The position numbers and the translations under genes are program-made. Shown here in pieces: positions 10,284-20,073 of a stretch of 64,000 nt of DNA. Within the stretch, counting starts at the first letter, position 1. Each line of letters opens with the position of its first letter. The notes below the pieces were generated by a model. It saw nothing but the letters and a program-made list of their open reading frames with translations, searched no databases and was not told the DNA's origin. This DNA comes from Escherichia phage Sa157lw: sequence record OK322699.1, one strand, 5' to 3'.

Positions 10284-10337
10284 AAATATACCCCTCTTCG
10301 GAGGGTATTTACTAGAGAAAAACAGGAGATTCTTATT

Positions 10338-12128
10338 ATGAATCCGCAATTTGCTCAACCGAAAGGTTCTACTTCAAAAGAAACGAACAAAGATAGCATT
10401 GCCCGTAAATTTGGGTGTAAAAAGTCGGAAGTCGTTTATGCCAAAGCAGGACAGTCCTTGTCTGGTTATAAAGTGATCTATGATAAGGTGTCTCAACGTG
10501 CCTATTCTCTTCCTTCTAACATTGATGCTGTAACGGTCACCAGTTTAGTTGACGGCATCCTTACGCACTCTGGAGGCACCGTAGATTTAAATGAATTGGC
10601 AATGACACGCCGCGAGTTTATTACTTTGCAAGGAGACTTTGTTTCCGGTGTTACCGTCAATGCTAAGCATGAAGTGATCGCATACGGAAATAGCCGATTC
10701 CGTTGGGACGGGGATCTGCCGAAAGTTGTTCCCCCTAATTCAGAACCTGTCATACCAGATTGGGTTAACGTTGATGCCAACCCAGCACTGTCTGAATTAG
10801 CGAAATCTGTTGGCTCGTCTCTGGTGGGATATAAACCAACGGGGACAACCACTACGACTGGTACGGTCAAAGGAAAATTGGATAGTTTTATTGATTTTGC
10901 AAATGACTATTGCGGTGGCCCAATTACAGGACAACCTGATCTCACTTCTCAATTACAACAAGCAATTATTGATGCTTTTAATTCTGGTATTGCCGACATT
11001 AAGATTGTTGGGGATTTTTATATATCTGGCATGATATTATGGTATCCAGGTGTTCGATTGATTGGTGGACGTTATGACTCTACATTGATACGCGTTTCCA
11101 ATACTTTCCCAGTGGGTGGGACAATGTTTCGTTCTTACCGTCCTCCACTGTGGGCGGCGGGTTGTCATGGTCTATCTCTTGAAAATGTGTATTTGGTAGG
11201 CCGCGCCGCCAAGGACGTTTATGGCATAGATATCAATGATGCATCTTATTTTAATCTTGAAGGTGTGCGTCTGGATCTGTTTGATAAAGCAATTTCTTTT
11301 AATAGATGGATTGATGAAACTCGTGTAGACACGAGCGGTACAATTACCTATCCCAACGCGCATAGTGCCGAAATGGGTGGCCAATCATATTTTGGTACAA
11401 TAACTCGTTGCTACGCAGGCAATTGCGTCACGTGCGTTGATTTTAATGGTGTGGTAAACCGTTGTACATTTATTAGCAACACATGGACAACTAGTGATCT
11501 GGCATATAATTTCAGCAACCCGCGTGGAGTTTATGAAACTAACACATTCATCACTTGTAATATTGAAGGTGTGAAGAGTGCATTTGAATGGTTCTTTTCT
11601 ATAAATTCACCATATCACAATGTGTGGATTAATACGAGCATCGATAACGGGAACCCAGATATCACGAGTTTAGCGAAAGATGGTGGTCGACAGACATTTA
11701 TTGGTTTAGCGATTTTCCCTTATGGAAACCCATCGTTGGTTAATTGGTATGGAATTAACCCCAATGGTCATCGGAGTACTGTCTTGGGTACTGATCTTGG
11801 GGAAAATTTACCAGAAGATCAGTTAAAAACTCAGGTTCGGGAAGAATTACACACTTTAACAGGTATTGCCAACAAGCAATGGGCTGGACAACAAGTAACT
11901 GAGACAATTCCCGCCAATGGTTACAAAGCATTGAATATTAGCGTGCCAGGATTAAAAGGTAACTCAGCAGTTATTGCTTCATTATCTGCCATATATCATG
12001 GTATTACAGTTGATGCCGCCAGCAACAACACTGGTACAGTTTCAGTAATAATAAGCAATTACACAGGTTCTCCAATTGATGTAAATGCTTACCTGAGTGT
12101 CACAGGCATAGCCAAAAGTTTCTTGTGA
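10338..12128 (+). CDS. tailspike protein (596 aa) with N-terminal anchor domain shared with the 698-aa tailspike
   Basis: ATG with CAGGAG SD; N-terminal homology to the 5306 gene; C-terminal region differs. Confidence 0.65.
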   Translation: MNPQFAQPKGSTSKETNKDSIARKFGCKKSEVVYAKAGQSLSGYKVIYDKVSQRAYSLPSNIDAVTVTSLVDGILTHSGGTVDLNELAMTRREFITLQGDFVSGVTVNAKHEVIAYGNSRFRWDGDLPKVVPPNSEPVIPDWVNVDANPALSELAKSVGSSLVGYKPTGTTTTTGTVKGKLDSFIDFANDYCGGPITGQPDLTSQLQQAIIDAFNSGIADIKIVGDFYISGMILWYPGVRLIGGRYDSTLIRVSNTFPVGGTMFRSYRPPLWAAGCHGLSLENVYLVGRAAKDVYGIDINDASYFNLEGVRLDLFDKAISFNRWIDETRVDTSGTITYPNAHSAEMGGQSYFGTITRCYAGNCVTCVDFNGVVNRCTFISNTWTTSDLAYNFSNPRGVYETNTFITCNIEGVKSAFEWFFSINSPYHNVWINTSIDNGNPDITSLAKDGGRQTFIGLAIFPYGNPSLVNWYGINPNGHRSTVLGTDLGENLPEDQLKTQVREELHTLTGIANKQWAGQQVTETIPANGYKALNISVPGLKGNSAVIASLSAIYHGITVDAASNNTGTVSVIISNYTGSPIDVNAYLSVTGIAKSFL

Positions 12129-12134
12129 TCAAAC

Positions 12135-12162
12135 AACCCCGCTTCGGCGGGGTTTTTATTTC
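12135..12162 (+). terminator. rho-independent terminator (AACCCCGC-TTCG-GCGGGGTT plus T-run)
   Basis: Perfect stem and T-tract after stop at 12128. Confidence 0.65.
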
Positions 12163-12183
12163 TATCTGTCTGTTGGCTGTATA

Positions 12184-12203
12184 CTAAATATCTCTATAAA
12201 TGG
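12184..12203 (+). promoter_or_regulatory. variant late-promoter-like element (CTAAATATCTC followed by TATAAATGG)
   Basis: Resembles both CTAAATA and T4 TATAAATA boxes; 20-40 nt upstream of ATG 12223. Confidence 0.35.
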
Positions 12204-12222
12204 CACTCGATGGAGCATCAAA

Positions 12223-15200
12223 ATGCAATCTACAAATCTAAACCGTCGCCCGTATTGGGACGACTGGAATCCTGGAAAACGGTTTTCACGGATTCTTTTT
12301 CGCCCGATGCCTATTAAGGTTCAGACACGTGAACTGAACCAGATGCAGACTATTCTACAAGACCAGATTGAAAAGCTGGGAAACCATCTGTTCAAAGATG
12401 GATCTATGGTTATTCCTGGCGGTCTGACGATTACTAACGCCGCTGTGTCTATGAAATTCACCCTGGCTGGTGGCACTGAGTTCACTGATCTGGAAGGGAT
12501 TACTGAACTTTATGTTCTGGGAAAAGACAATAACGCCAAAGCGCGTGTGCTATCTCTTGAACGTGATCTGTCTGCTCCGGATACGATGTTGGCCATCCTT
12601 GAAATGACAGAAGTGGGTAATGCAGATGGCTTCCACGTCAACGACAATCTGTATTTCCAAACTTATGACGTCAATGACAACTTCATTCGTATTGGTTATG
12701 GTATCGCAGCTGCGGTGACTGGTTCTATCGTCGCTCGTATGACGAAGGGCGTTTACTTCATTCGTGGGATGTTCCTTGATGTTGATGACGCGACTCTCAT
12801 CGTCGATAAAACTTCAAACACTTCTTCCCATCGCGTCGGGTTTAAAGTCACCGAAACCATCGTGACTGAATCTGAAGACGAATCCCTTTATTCAAACGCT
12901 CAGGGAACGATTAACTCCAAAGCCCCAGGCGCTCATCGTCTTCGAATAGATCTGGTCTTATCTCGATTTGATTATGATGCTGTGGTTGAAGACTTTGTTG
13001 AACTGGCCAAAGTTCGTGATGGTAAAATCCAGTCTATGGTGACTCAGTCCACCTATAATATTCTGGAAGACACGTTGGCTCAACGGACGTATGAAACCAA
13101 CGGCGATTACAACGTTTCAACGCATCAGATCGACATCCGCGAACACCTGAAAGTCAATAACAATGGTGGTGTATTCAATGCTGCTGATGGCGGCGACGAA
13201 AGTAAATTCGTGTCTGTAATGAAACCAGGTATTTCCTATGTTCGCGGTCGTCGTATCGAAAACGTCGGGGAAGAGTTGGTGATCGTTGACAAGGCACGGG
13301 ATACCGATGTCCTGAATAACACGCCTGTCGCAGTTGCTACAGGGAATTATCTGGTCACCAAGAACTCCAAAGGTGTTCCAGTAATATCTCGCACAGTGCG
13401 ATACAAGTTATTGAACGCATCTGGCGCTGCTCAAGCCACGGCGTTGTGTATATCCGCTGAACGCAATTCAACTGAATTCCGTCTGTACATGCGTGATTTG
13501 GTTGTGACTGGGGACGCGTCCACTATCACCAAAGTGTCTTATGAAGAAAGTGGGATCACCATGTTCTCTGCCGAACTGGAATCCAACCAGTTTAACCAGA
13601 GTTCTATGGTAGACCTGATCTTCTCTCTTCCGGTCTTCGGTGTTAAAACATTAGCGCCAACAGGTTCCGTGGATATCAACTACACAGTCCTCAGAACTTA
13701 TAAGGTGACGCTAGACAGCAGCGGTTCTGGTTCTATTTCAGCCCCGCTGGGATATAGTTTCTCTCCTGAATTTTCGTTGTATTCTTCTGCGAAATCCGAT
13801 GGTTCAGAAGCGCAATTTGATATCTCTGGCTCTTTGTCACTGACTGGTTCTCCGGTGGGTTCGGCTTTGCAGATTTCCCTGGGTAGCGGTAATGCTAACC
13901 AGTCAATCAATTTGCTGGCACTGATGATCCGCACTACGGCCACGATCAAAACGAAGACGATAACTGAAACCACAGAGTCTGTGACTTTTACTTCCCAAAC
14001 CAGTAGACCTCTGGCAAATCACGACGGCTGGAAATTGGTATCTGTCAAAAATGATACTGGCGCGGACGTGACTTCGAGCTTCACCCTCGACGGTGGTCAA
14101 CGCGATGCGGGATATTACAAGGCTAATCTGTTATCCACCGCCGGAGCCATTTCAGGGACGTATACGGTGGTGTATCAATACTTCGCGCATAGTTCGGGGG
14201 ATTTCTTCTCAGCGGATTCGTATACTTCAATGGATTACAAAGATATCCCGAATTATACATCCTCCACATCAGGGGCGGTGTATGGTTTGGCCGATAGCCT
14301 TGATTTCCGTCCGAAAATTACCAACGGGACATCCGACACTGATATGGTTCGCCCGAATACGGCTGTCATCCTGGACACAGAGTATTATTTGCCTCGTATC
14401 GACGCGATTTATCTGGCAGATAATGGCGTGTTTGGTGTAGCCCGTGGCATCAGTTCCAACAACCTGGCGTCCCCAGCAATACCTGCAAACTCCATGCGTT
14501 TGTATGAACTGTTGATTCCCCCATACACGCCGAATATCGATGATATACAAATTCGCACCATCGATAACCGTCGTTATACGATGCGTGATATCGGTAAACT
14601 GGAAACGCGTATTTCCAACGTTGAATACTACACCTCTCTGTCGCAGCTGGAATCTTCGGCGATGACACAACAGGTATTTGATCCAATCACGGGTAATCCG
14701 CGATTCAAAAACGGTATCGCCGCCGATCCATTCAAAGACTTCCGTCTTATTGATGATCTGTCTGAAGATTGGATGGGATCTATCGATACGGAAAATGGAC
14801 GTTTGCGTCCGTTTGTTCAACAGAACGCCGTTGACATGACTCCAGTAGGCTGGAACAAAGTGATGGATGGTATGGTGGTTTGTAACTACACGCCTGAAAT
14901 CTCCGTAAACCAAGAATACGCGACGACGACGATCAACGTTAACCCGTATGCTGTATTCAACTGGGAAGGTTTCTTGAAGATTAACCCGACCACGGATTAC
15001 TGGTTTGAAAACTACTATGTCGCCCCGCGTGTTATCAATGAAACGATCAACACTCGTGGTACTGTACAAGAAGGTTCGGTGTACGGGACGTGGCGTACTG
15101 TTTCTGTTTCTGATCGTGTTTGGGAGCCGCATGGCGCTGGTGGTGTGTGGTGGGGATACCGCTATCGCACGACTGTTTCTGCCCGTGATGTCACCACATA

Positions 15201-17061
15201 CACATACACGGACAAAACAACCACGACCATGACTGGCGAACAGATTGTGGAAACGCAGGTTATCCCATACATGCGCGAAATTGATATTTCTTTCGACGCT
15301 TCTGGGTTGCGACCTTTCACTCGCATGTATGCATTCTTCTCAGGTCGTGATGTGAATCTGTATTGCAAGCCGAATGGCGGTAATTTTGGTGACCCAATCA
15401 CCACTGATGCCAATGGCGCAGTCAAAGGCGTGTTCCGCGTTCCTCAGAACGATACGATCAAGTTCAACACAGGTGACAACGTGTTCCGCTTAACGGATAG
15501 CCCTGTTGACAGTAAATCTGCAGATGATACGCTGACCAATGCTGAAATTGTTCACAAGTCTTTCGGTAAGAAACAAGGGATTCAAAAGACCTTTGTCAAC
15601 ACTCGAGTTCTGGGTTATACCGCAAGCACCAGCACCGAAACCAGCACTTCTGAAGTTGTGGTCGATCAATGGCGTGATCCAATTGCCCAATCGTTTATGG
15701 TGGCAACTAAGATCGGTGGTGAATATATCGAAGGCGTGGAAGTATTCTTCTCCACCAAGTCACGTGATGTTCCGATCACCCTGGAAATTCGCGAGATGGA
15801 GAATGGATTACCGTCCCATACCGTCATAACTCGTAAAACTTTGAACCCGTCTGAAGTGACGATCTCTACAGACTCTTCCGGCGGAACGAAGTTCACCTTC
15901 GATTATCCGGTGTACTTGCAAGCATCGACTGAGTTTGCTATTGTTTTGTTGGCGAATACTCAGGATTACAACGCGTATATCGCGGAAATGGGCAAGAAAA
16001 ACCTTTTGTCCAACGAATATATCGCCAAGCAGCCGTATACAGGGGTGTTCTTCACTTCTTCAAACGGTTCAACATGGTCTCCCAACCAGATGGCAGATAT
16101 GAAGTTCCGTGTTTATCGTTGTAACTTTGCTGCTGGACAGAACGTTGTAACATTTGATCCGAAACTTGGACCGAAACAACGTCCGCTGGGATTGAACACT
16201 CTCAACTGTGTGAGCGGGTCTTCTGTCGTGACCGTGTTTGCGCCTGGTCATGGTTTGGTTGCTGGGAACAATGTTACTCTGTCTGAATTGACAGGTGGCT
16301 GTGGATTTACTCCTGAACAACTTAACAAAACATTTACCGTGACAGATGCGAGCTATACTTCATTCAAGATCGATGTCGGTTCAGCGGCAGACAGCAACGG
16401 GCAAATCGGCGGGGATAATGCTTCATTCTTGGGCAATTATCTGGTTGACATGTTCTATGCCAGTGTCACCAATTCAGCTCTGGAAGGTTCAATTCTGAAA
16501 TTGGAATATCGCTATCGCGATGCTACTTCCAATTCTATGTCTGATTGGGCTGAATTTGAAACTGACACTGACGTGGCGTTGCCGACTGAAGGGATCTATC
16601 GTCAGGTTGGGGATTTCCAGATCCGAGCCACCATGACGCGCAGTGAAAACAACGTGTACACCGCTCCAATGATTGATGGCGATGACCTGAGCGTAATCTT
16701 CAACTCATACGGCGTGGATCCATTTGAAGATGTCTTCAAATATGTGACAAAAGACATCGGATTTGATAACCCATGTTCGACTGTGAAGTTGTTCTTTGGT
16801 GCAATGCTCCCATCTCAGTCTTCTATGAAGGTGCAGGTGAAACTTCTTAGAGCAGGTCAGGAGATGGATAGTGTGGCTTGGGAAGATGTTACTCCAACGT
16901 CGCCTCTGGTCAACGACGGTTCTACATTCTTTGAATATGAATACGACAAGACTGTGGCGAGCAATAACCCGTTTGTTGGCCTGAAAGTCCGAGCGCTTGT
17001 ACGGGGGAACCGCGTTGCTCCTCCATCATTCAAAGACTTCCGTCTTATTGCTCTGGCATAA
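12223..17061 (+). CDS. large virion structural protein (1612 aa), function unassigned
   Basis: Long ORF between the tailspike genes and the neck genes; internal repeat of motif FKDFRLI (mid-protein and C-terminus). No firm homology recalled. Confidence 0.5.
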   Translation: MQSTNLNRRPYWDDWNPGKRFSRILFRPMPIKVQTRELNQMQTILQDQIEKLGNHLFKDGSMVIPGGLTITNAAVSMKFTLAGGTEFTDLEGITELYVLGKDNNAKARVLSLERDLSAPDTMLAILEMTEVGNADGFHVNDNLYFQTYDVNDNFIRIGYGIAAAVTGSIVARMTKGVYFIRGMFLDVDDATLIVDKTSNTSSHRVGFKVTETIVTESEDESLYSNAQGTINSKAPGAHRLRIDLVLSRFDYDAVVEDFVELAKVRDGKIQSMVTQSTYNILEDTLAQRTYETNGDYNVSTHQIDIREHLKVNNNGGVFNAADGGDESKFVSVMKPGISYVRGRRIENVGEELVIVDKARDTDVLNNTPVAVATGNYLVTKNSKGVPVISRTVRYKLLNASGAAQATALCISAERNSTEFRLYMRDLVVTGDASTITKVSYEESGITMFSAELESNQFNQSSMVDLIFSLPVFGVKTLAPTGSVDINYTVLRTYKVTLDSSGSGSISAPLGYSFSPEFSLYSSAKSDGSEAQFDISGSLSLTGSPVGSALQISLGSGNANQSINLLALMIRTTATIKTKTITETTESVTFTSQTSRPLANHDGWKLVSVKNDTGADVTSSFTLDGGQRDAGYYKANLLSTAGAISGTYTVVYQYFAHSSGDFFSADSYTSMDYKDIPNYTSSTSGAVYGLADSLDFRPKITNGTSDTDMVRPNTAVILDTEYYLPRIDAIYLADNGVFGVARGISSNNLASPAIPANSMRLYELLIPPYTPNIDDIQIRTIDNRRYTMRDIGKLETRISNVEYYTSLSQLESSAMTQQVFDPITGNPRFKNGIAADPFKDFRLIDDLSEDWMGSIDTENGRLRPFVQQNAVDMTPVGWNKVMDGMVVCNYTPEISVNQEYATTTINVNPYAVFNWEGFLKINPTTDYWFENYYVAPRVINETINTRGTVQEGSVYGTWRTVSVSDRVWEPHGAGGVWWGYRYRTTVSARDVTTYTYTDKTTTTMTGEQIVETQVIPYMREIDISFDASGLRPFTRMYAFFSGRDVNLYCKPNGGNFGDPITTDANGAVKGVFRVPQNDTIKFNTGDNVFRLTDSPVDSKSADDTLTNAEIVHKSFGKKQGIQKTFVNTRVLGYTASTSTETSTSEVVVDQWRDPIAQSFMVATKIGGEYIEGVEVFFSTKSRDVPITLEIREMENGLPSHTVITRKTLNPSEVTISTDSSGGTKFTFDYPVYLQASTEFAIVLLANTQDYNAYIAEMGKKNLLSNEYIAKQPYTGVFFTSSNGSTWSPNQMADMKFRVYRCNFAAGQNVVTFDPKLGPKQRPLGLNTLNCVSGSSVVTVFAPGHGLVAGNNVTLSELTGGCGFTPEQLNKTFTVTDASYTSFKIDVGSAADSNGQIGGDNASFLGNYLVDMFYASVTNSALEGSILKLEYRYRDATSNSMSDWAEFETDTDVALPTEGIYRQVGDFQIRATMTRSENNVYTAPMIDGDDLSVIFNSYGVDPFEDVFKYVTKDIGFDNPCSTVKLFFGAMLPSQSSMKVQVKLLRAGQEMDSVAWEDVTPTSPLVNDGSTFFEYEYDKTVASNNPFVGLKVRALVRGNRVAPPSFKDFRLIALA

Positions 17062-17113
17062 ATAATGTTGAAAGGTGGGCGTAAAGCCCACCAAACCAAT
17101 AGAGGATAAAGAT

Positions 17114-17362
17114 ATGCGTGGAATGAAAGTACAGGGGCACGCATCCATGTTGAGAAGCAGTTCTTGTCCAGGCGCGATCATTTGTACTGATCATGCTGCA
17201 GGTATGGCTGCATTGCAAGCCCGTCAACGCAACGAAACCCGTGAAGCCACCATTGTTGAACAATCAAACCAGATATCGAATCTGGAGGCGACGATCAAAA
17301 TGATGGCCGAAAAGTTGGGGATAGAAATCCCCGAAGGAGGTCAGAATGGCGACGCAAGCTGA
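17114..17362 (+). CDS. hypothetical small protein
   Basis: ATG with AGGA SD inside the ORF-track frame 17075-17362. Confidence 0.3.
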   Translation: MRGMKVQGHASMLRSSSCPGAIICTDHAAGMAALQARQRNETREATIVEQSNQISNLEATIKMMAEKLGIEIPEGGQNGDAS

Positions 17363-17687
17363 AAGATCTGGGCTTGATATCCGTGGTATCTTGACTGCTG
17401 TCGTGGCTTCTGCATTGGTCTCGGCGGCGTCGTTCCTTTGGTTTATGGGTGGGATGGAAACACGCGTGAATGTATTGGAGCGAGATTCTAATAAAATGGA
17501 TCAGGTCCTTCAAAAGGTGAATGACATGAGTGAGCGCATGGCGATCATGAATACAGACCTCGCATATGTCAAACAAAATATGGCTGAGTTAAAACTCAAT
17601 AGCAGCAGCCTATCAGACGATGTCCGCACATTGCGGATTACTGTATCTGATTTGCAGCAACGAGGGAATAACAATGGCCGTCAATAA
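17346..17687 (+). CDS. membrane-anchored coiled-coil protein (possible i-spanin-like)
   Basis: GAAGGAGG SD; N-terminal TM helix (ILTAVVASALVSAASFLWFMGG) followed by a coiled-coil-like region. Confidence 0.35.
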   Translation: MATQAERSGLDIRGILTAVVASALVSAASFLWFMGGMETRVNVLERDSNKMDQVLQKVNDMSERMAIMNTDLAYVKQNMAELKLNSSSLSDDVRTLRITVSDLQQRGNNNGRQ

Positions 17688-18426
17688 AATTCGCGACAAG
17701 AAATCTTTTATGAACTATGTCTTGCGTAAATTGGGCGCTCCGGTCATCCAAATTAACCTTGACAGTTCACAAGTAGAAGATGCTGTTGATGATGCTCTAC
17801 AGAAGTTTTGGGAATATCATCGCGACGGTAGCCAAGATGCGTTCTTCCTGTACCAAGTTAAGCAAGAAGATATCGACAAGGGTTATATTGAATTCCCAGA
17901 AGATATTGACGATGTGATTGAAGTTATCCCTGGACCTCCTATTGAGTCAATTGGAAACTGGGCAACTCCTCAATGGCAAATGGCCCAAGCCATGCTTGTA
18001 CCAAAAGCGGCGCTTGTGTCTATTCGTCTCATTGATTACGTTTCCATGCAACAGCGCCTGTCTGATATCACAAGCGTCTTGAATGTTCGTCGTAATTTTG
18101 TGTACAAGAAGTTCCAGCGACGCCTTTACCCGCAATTTGCTGCCACCATTGATGAAACTCTGGCTTTCCGTTGTTATCAGAATATCGACCCCGAATCGGA
18201 AGAAAACGCTGAAGCATGGAATGACATGTGGTTGAAAGCGTATGCGACTGCATTGGTTAAGCGCCGTTGGGCTGAGGTGCTTAAGAAGGCAAGAGGCATC
18301 CGTCTCCCAGGTGGTATCGAACTGGATGGTGATAGTATGTTCAGTGAGGCCGAGACCGAGATAGAGCGGTTGGAGGAAGAATTGCGTACTGGTCAGCAAT
18401 ACCCTATCGATTTTATGATGGGATAA
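17674..18426 (+). CDS. gp13: neck protein gp13
   Basis: Alignment to T4 gp13: VLRKLGAPVIQINLDSSQVEDAVDDALQKFWEYHRDG vs [37 protein letters not shown]; C-terminal LPGGIELDG vs LPGGVTIDG. Confidence 0.85.
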   Translation: MAVNKIRDKKSFMNYVLRKLGAPVIQINLDSSQVEDAVDDALQKFWEYHRDGSQDAFFLYQVKQEDIDKGYIEFPEDIDDVIEVIPGPPIESIGNWATPQWQMAQAMLVPKAALVSIRLIDYVSMQQRLSDITSVLNVRRNFVYKKFQRRLYPQFAATIDETLAFRCYQNIDPESEENAEAWNDMWLKAYATALVKRRWAEVLKKARGIRLPGGIELDGDSMFSEAETEIERLEEELRTGQQYPIDFMMG

Positions 18427-18429
18427 GAG

Positions 18430-18457
18430 AAGGCGGGATAACCCGCCTTTCTTTTTA
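18430..18457. terminator. terminator hairpin (AAGGCGGG-ATAA-CCCGCCTT) between convergent genes
   Basis: Perfect 8-bp stem with T-rich 3' flank; lies between gp13 stop and the stop of the minus-strand ORF. Confidence 0.55.
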
Positions 18458-18667
18458 TAACTTGATGTCGCGTTCGGAAGGATTTGAATTTGCTAGAATA
18501 TAACCATCAACCACGTTCTTTTCATCCCACCATTCAATAAAATCATTCCCATCTTTGCCTTTAATAAGACCCACAATGTTATAAGAATTATTTGCGACTT
18601 TAGCGTCCACACAGATAATTCTCACACGCCTTCCGTCACGAGTTTCTTTAATATCTTCAACCTTCAT
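18455..18667 (-). CDS. hypothetical protein (70 aa), opposite strand
   Basis: Minus-strand ORF with GAGGAA SD upstream of its ATG; no + strand ORF in this gap. Confidence 0.45.
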   Translation of the reverse strand: MKVEDIKETRDGRRVRIICVDAKVANNSYNIVGLIKGKDGNDFIEWWDEKNVVDGYILANSNPSERDIKL

Positions 18668-18698
18668 TTATCAATTCCTCAAAAGAATTAATGATTGA

Positions 18699-18709
18699 CT
18701 AAATACCTT
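18699..18709 (+). promoter_or_regulatory. late-promoter motif variant CTAAATACCTT
   Basis: 20 nt upstream of gp14 ATG; matches CTAAATAcC core. Confidence 0.45.
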
Positions 18710-18728
18710 CAAAATTGAGGGTAAAGTC

Positions 18729-19370
18729 ATGGCTACTTCAAAATATTTCAACTATACAGCACACCAAGGTACTCAGAAATTAATTGACGACTTGGTGGTC
18801 GAGATGATACAACTACGTGGGATTGACGTCAAGTATATCCCACGTTCCATCGTTGAAAAATACCCAATTTTAAACGAGGCTGAACATAAATTCGACCAGG
18901 CGTTCGATATCGAAGTATACATGCAAGATTACCAAGGCTTTAACACCCAAATGTGGGAGAAGTTTGGCGGTATTCAATTACAAGATGAAGTGACGTTCAC
19001 CATTGCTCGTCGCCGTTTTTCGGAAGTGATTGGTAATGGGCCAGGACTTGAGCAGATGCCTCAAGAAGGTGATTTGATATACCTCCCAATGGCGAACAAG
19101 ATATTCAAAGTGAATAACCCGAATAACGACGAAGAATTTATGCAATTCGGTAAATGGTACACATATTCCTTACCGTGCACGTTGTTCCAATATGGTAATG
19201 AAGATTTTGATACTGGTGTATCTGAAATTGACGACATCGATAAACGTTTACAAGATCTAGACGGCGATGGTGTCTATAAAGATGCCAGTCTACAGACAGA
19301 TAACCAATTTGCGGACGAAATAGAGAAAGATCTTTCGCCCAATAAAATGAAGATAGACTTCGGGGAATAA
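18729..19370 (+). CDS. gp14: neck protein gp14
   Basis: Synteny (13-14-15) and loose similarity to T4 gp14; strong SD. Confidence 0.65.
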   Translation: MATSKYFNYTAHQGTQKLIDDLVVEMIQLRGIDVKYIPRSIVEKYPILNEAEHKFDQAFDIEVYMQDYQGFNTQMWEKFGGIQLQDEVTFTIARRRFSEVIGNGPGLEQMPQEGDLIYLPMANKIFKVNNPNNDEEFMQFGKWYTYSLPCTLFQYGNEDFDTGVSEIDDIDKRLQDLDGDGVYKDASLQTDNQFADEIEKDLSPNKMKIDFGE

Positions 19371-19372
19371 TC

Positions 19373-20071
19373 ATGGCCAGACCATTTGAAAAATATTTCT
19401 ACCATGAATCGTTGTTGAAATACATTCATGTCTTCAACGCTATCATGTCAGATTTAAAAGTCAAAACCGAACGTGGCTTGATGGAAATCCCGCTGCATAT
19501 GGCTATTGGCCGTCGCAATGACCTCAACAGGAACGTGCCAGCCAATATGCTGCCATTTGCGACTATGTCCTTCGGTCAATTCGAAATTAATAAACAAGTG
19601 ACCAAGTCGTATCATAATCAGATATCGACTGCAACTGCGCGGTCCAAACAACGAATTCCGATCATTATAGATTTTGAATATAACATCAGAACGAAGAAAC
19701 TGGTCGAAATGCTACAGGTGTTGGAACAAATTTATTCTGTGTTCACTCCTTCTATTGATTGTCAGATAAAAGACAACGATACGTTATCTCAAGATCAAAA
19801 CGTGAAGATTATGTTGACATCCCATACCATTTCCGATAACTGGGAAGGGGATGCCGCTGAATCACCCCATATAGATTGCACCTTTAATTTTCAATTACAT
19901 GGGCACATTTATGGCGAAGATTATTGGGTCGATGACGGCTCTGGCGGTGGTGATCCGAACGTTATCAAAGAGATAATTATTGAAATGTCTAATGATTTGA
20001 ACACGCCATGGTCGGAACTGCCTGAGTGGTTCCGAGTTGACAAAGATGGCATACATCATCCGGAGGATTGA
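19373..20071 (+). CDS. gp15: tail sheath stabiliser / tail completion protein gp15
   Basis: Synteny and N-terminal pattern similar to T4 gp15. Confidence 0.7.
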   Translation: MARPFEKYFYHESLLKYIHVFNAIMSDLKVKTERGLMEIPLHMAIGRRNDLNRNVPANMLPFATMSFGQFEINKQVTKSYHNQISTATARSKQRIPIIIDFEYNIRTKKLVEMLQVLEQIYSVFTPSIDCQIKDNDTLSQDQNVKIMLTSHTISDNWEGDAAESPHIDCTFNFQLHGHIYGEDYWVDDGSGGGDPNVIKEIIIEMSNDLNTPWSELPEWFRVDKDGIHHPED

Positions 20072-20073
20072 TC

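Noticed and set aside
14269-15132. 287-aa minus-strand ORF inside the 1612-aa structural gene
   Set aside because: Fully contained in the long + strand ORF; Arg-rich, low-complexity translation.
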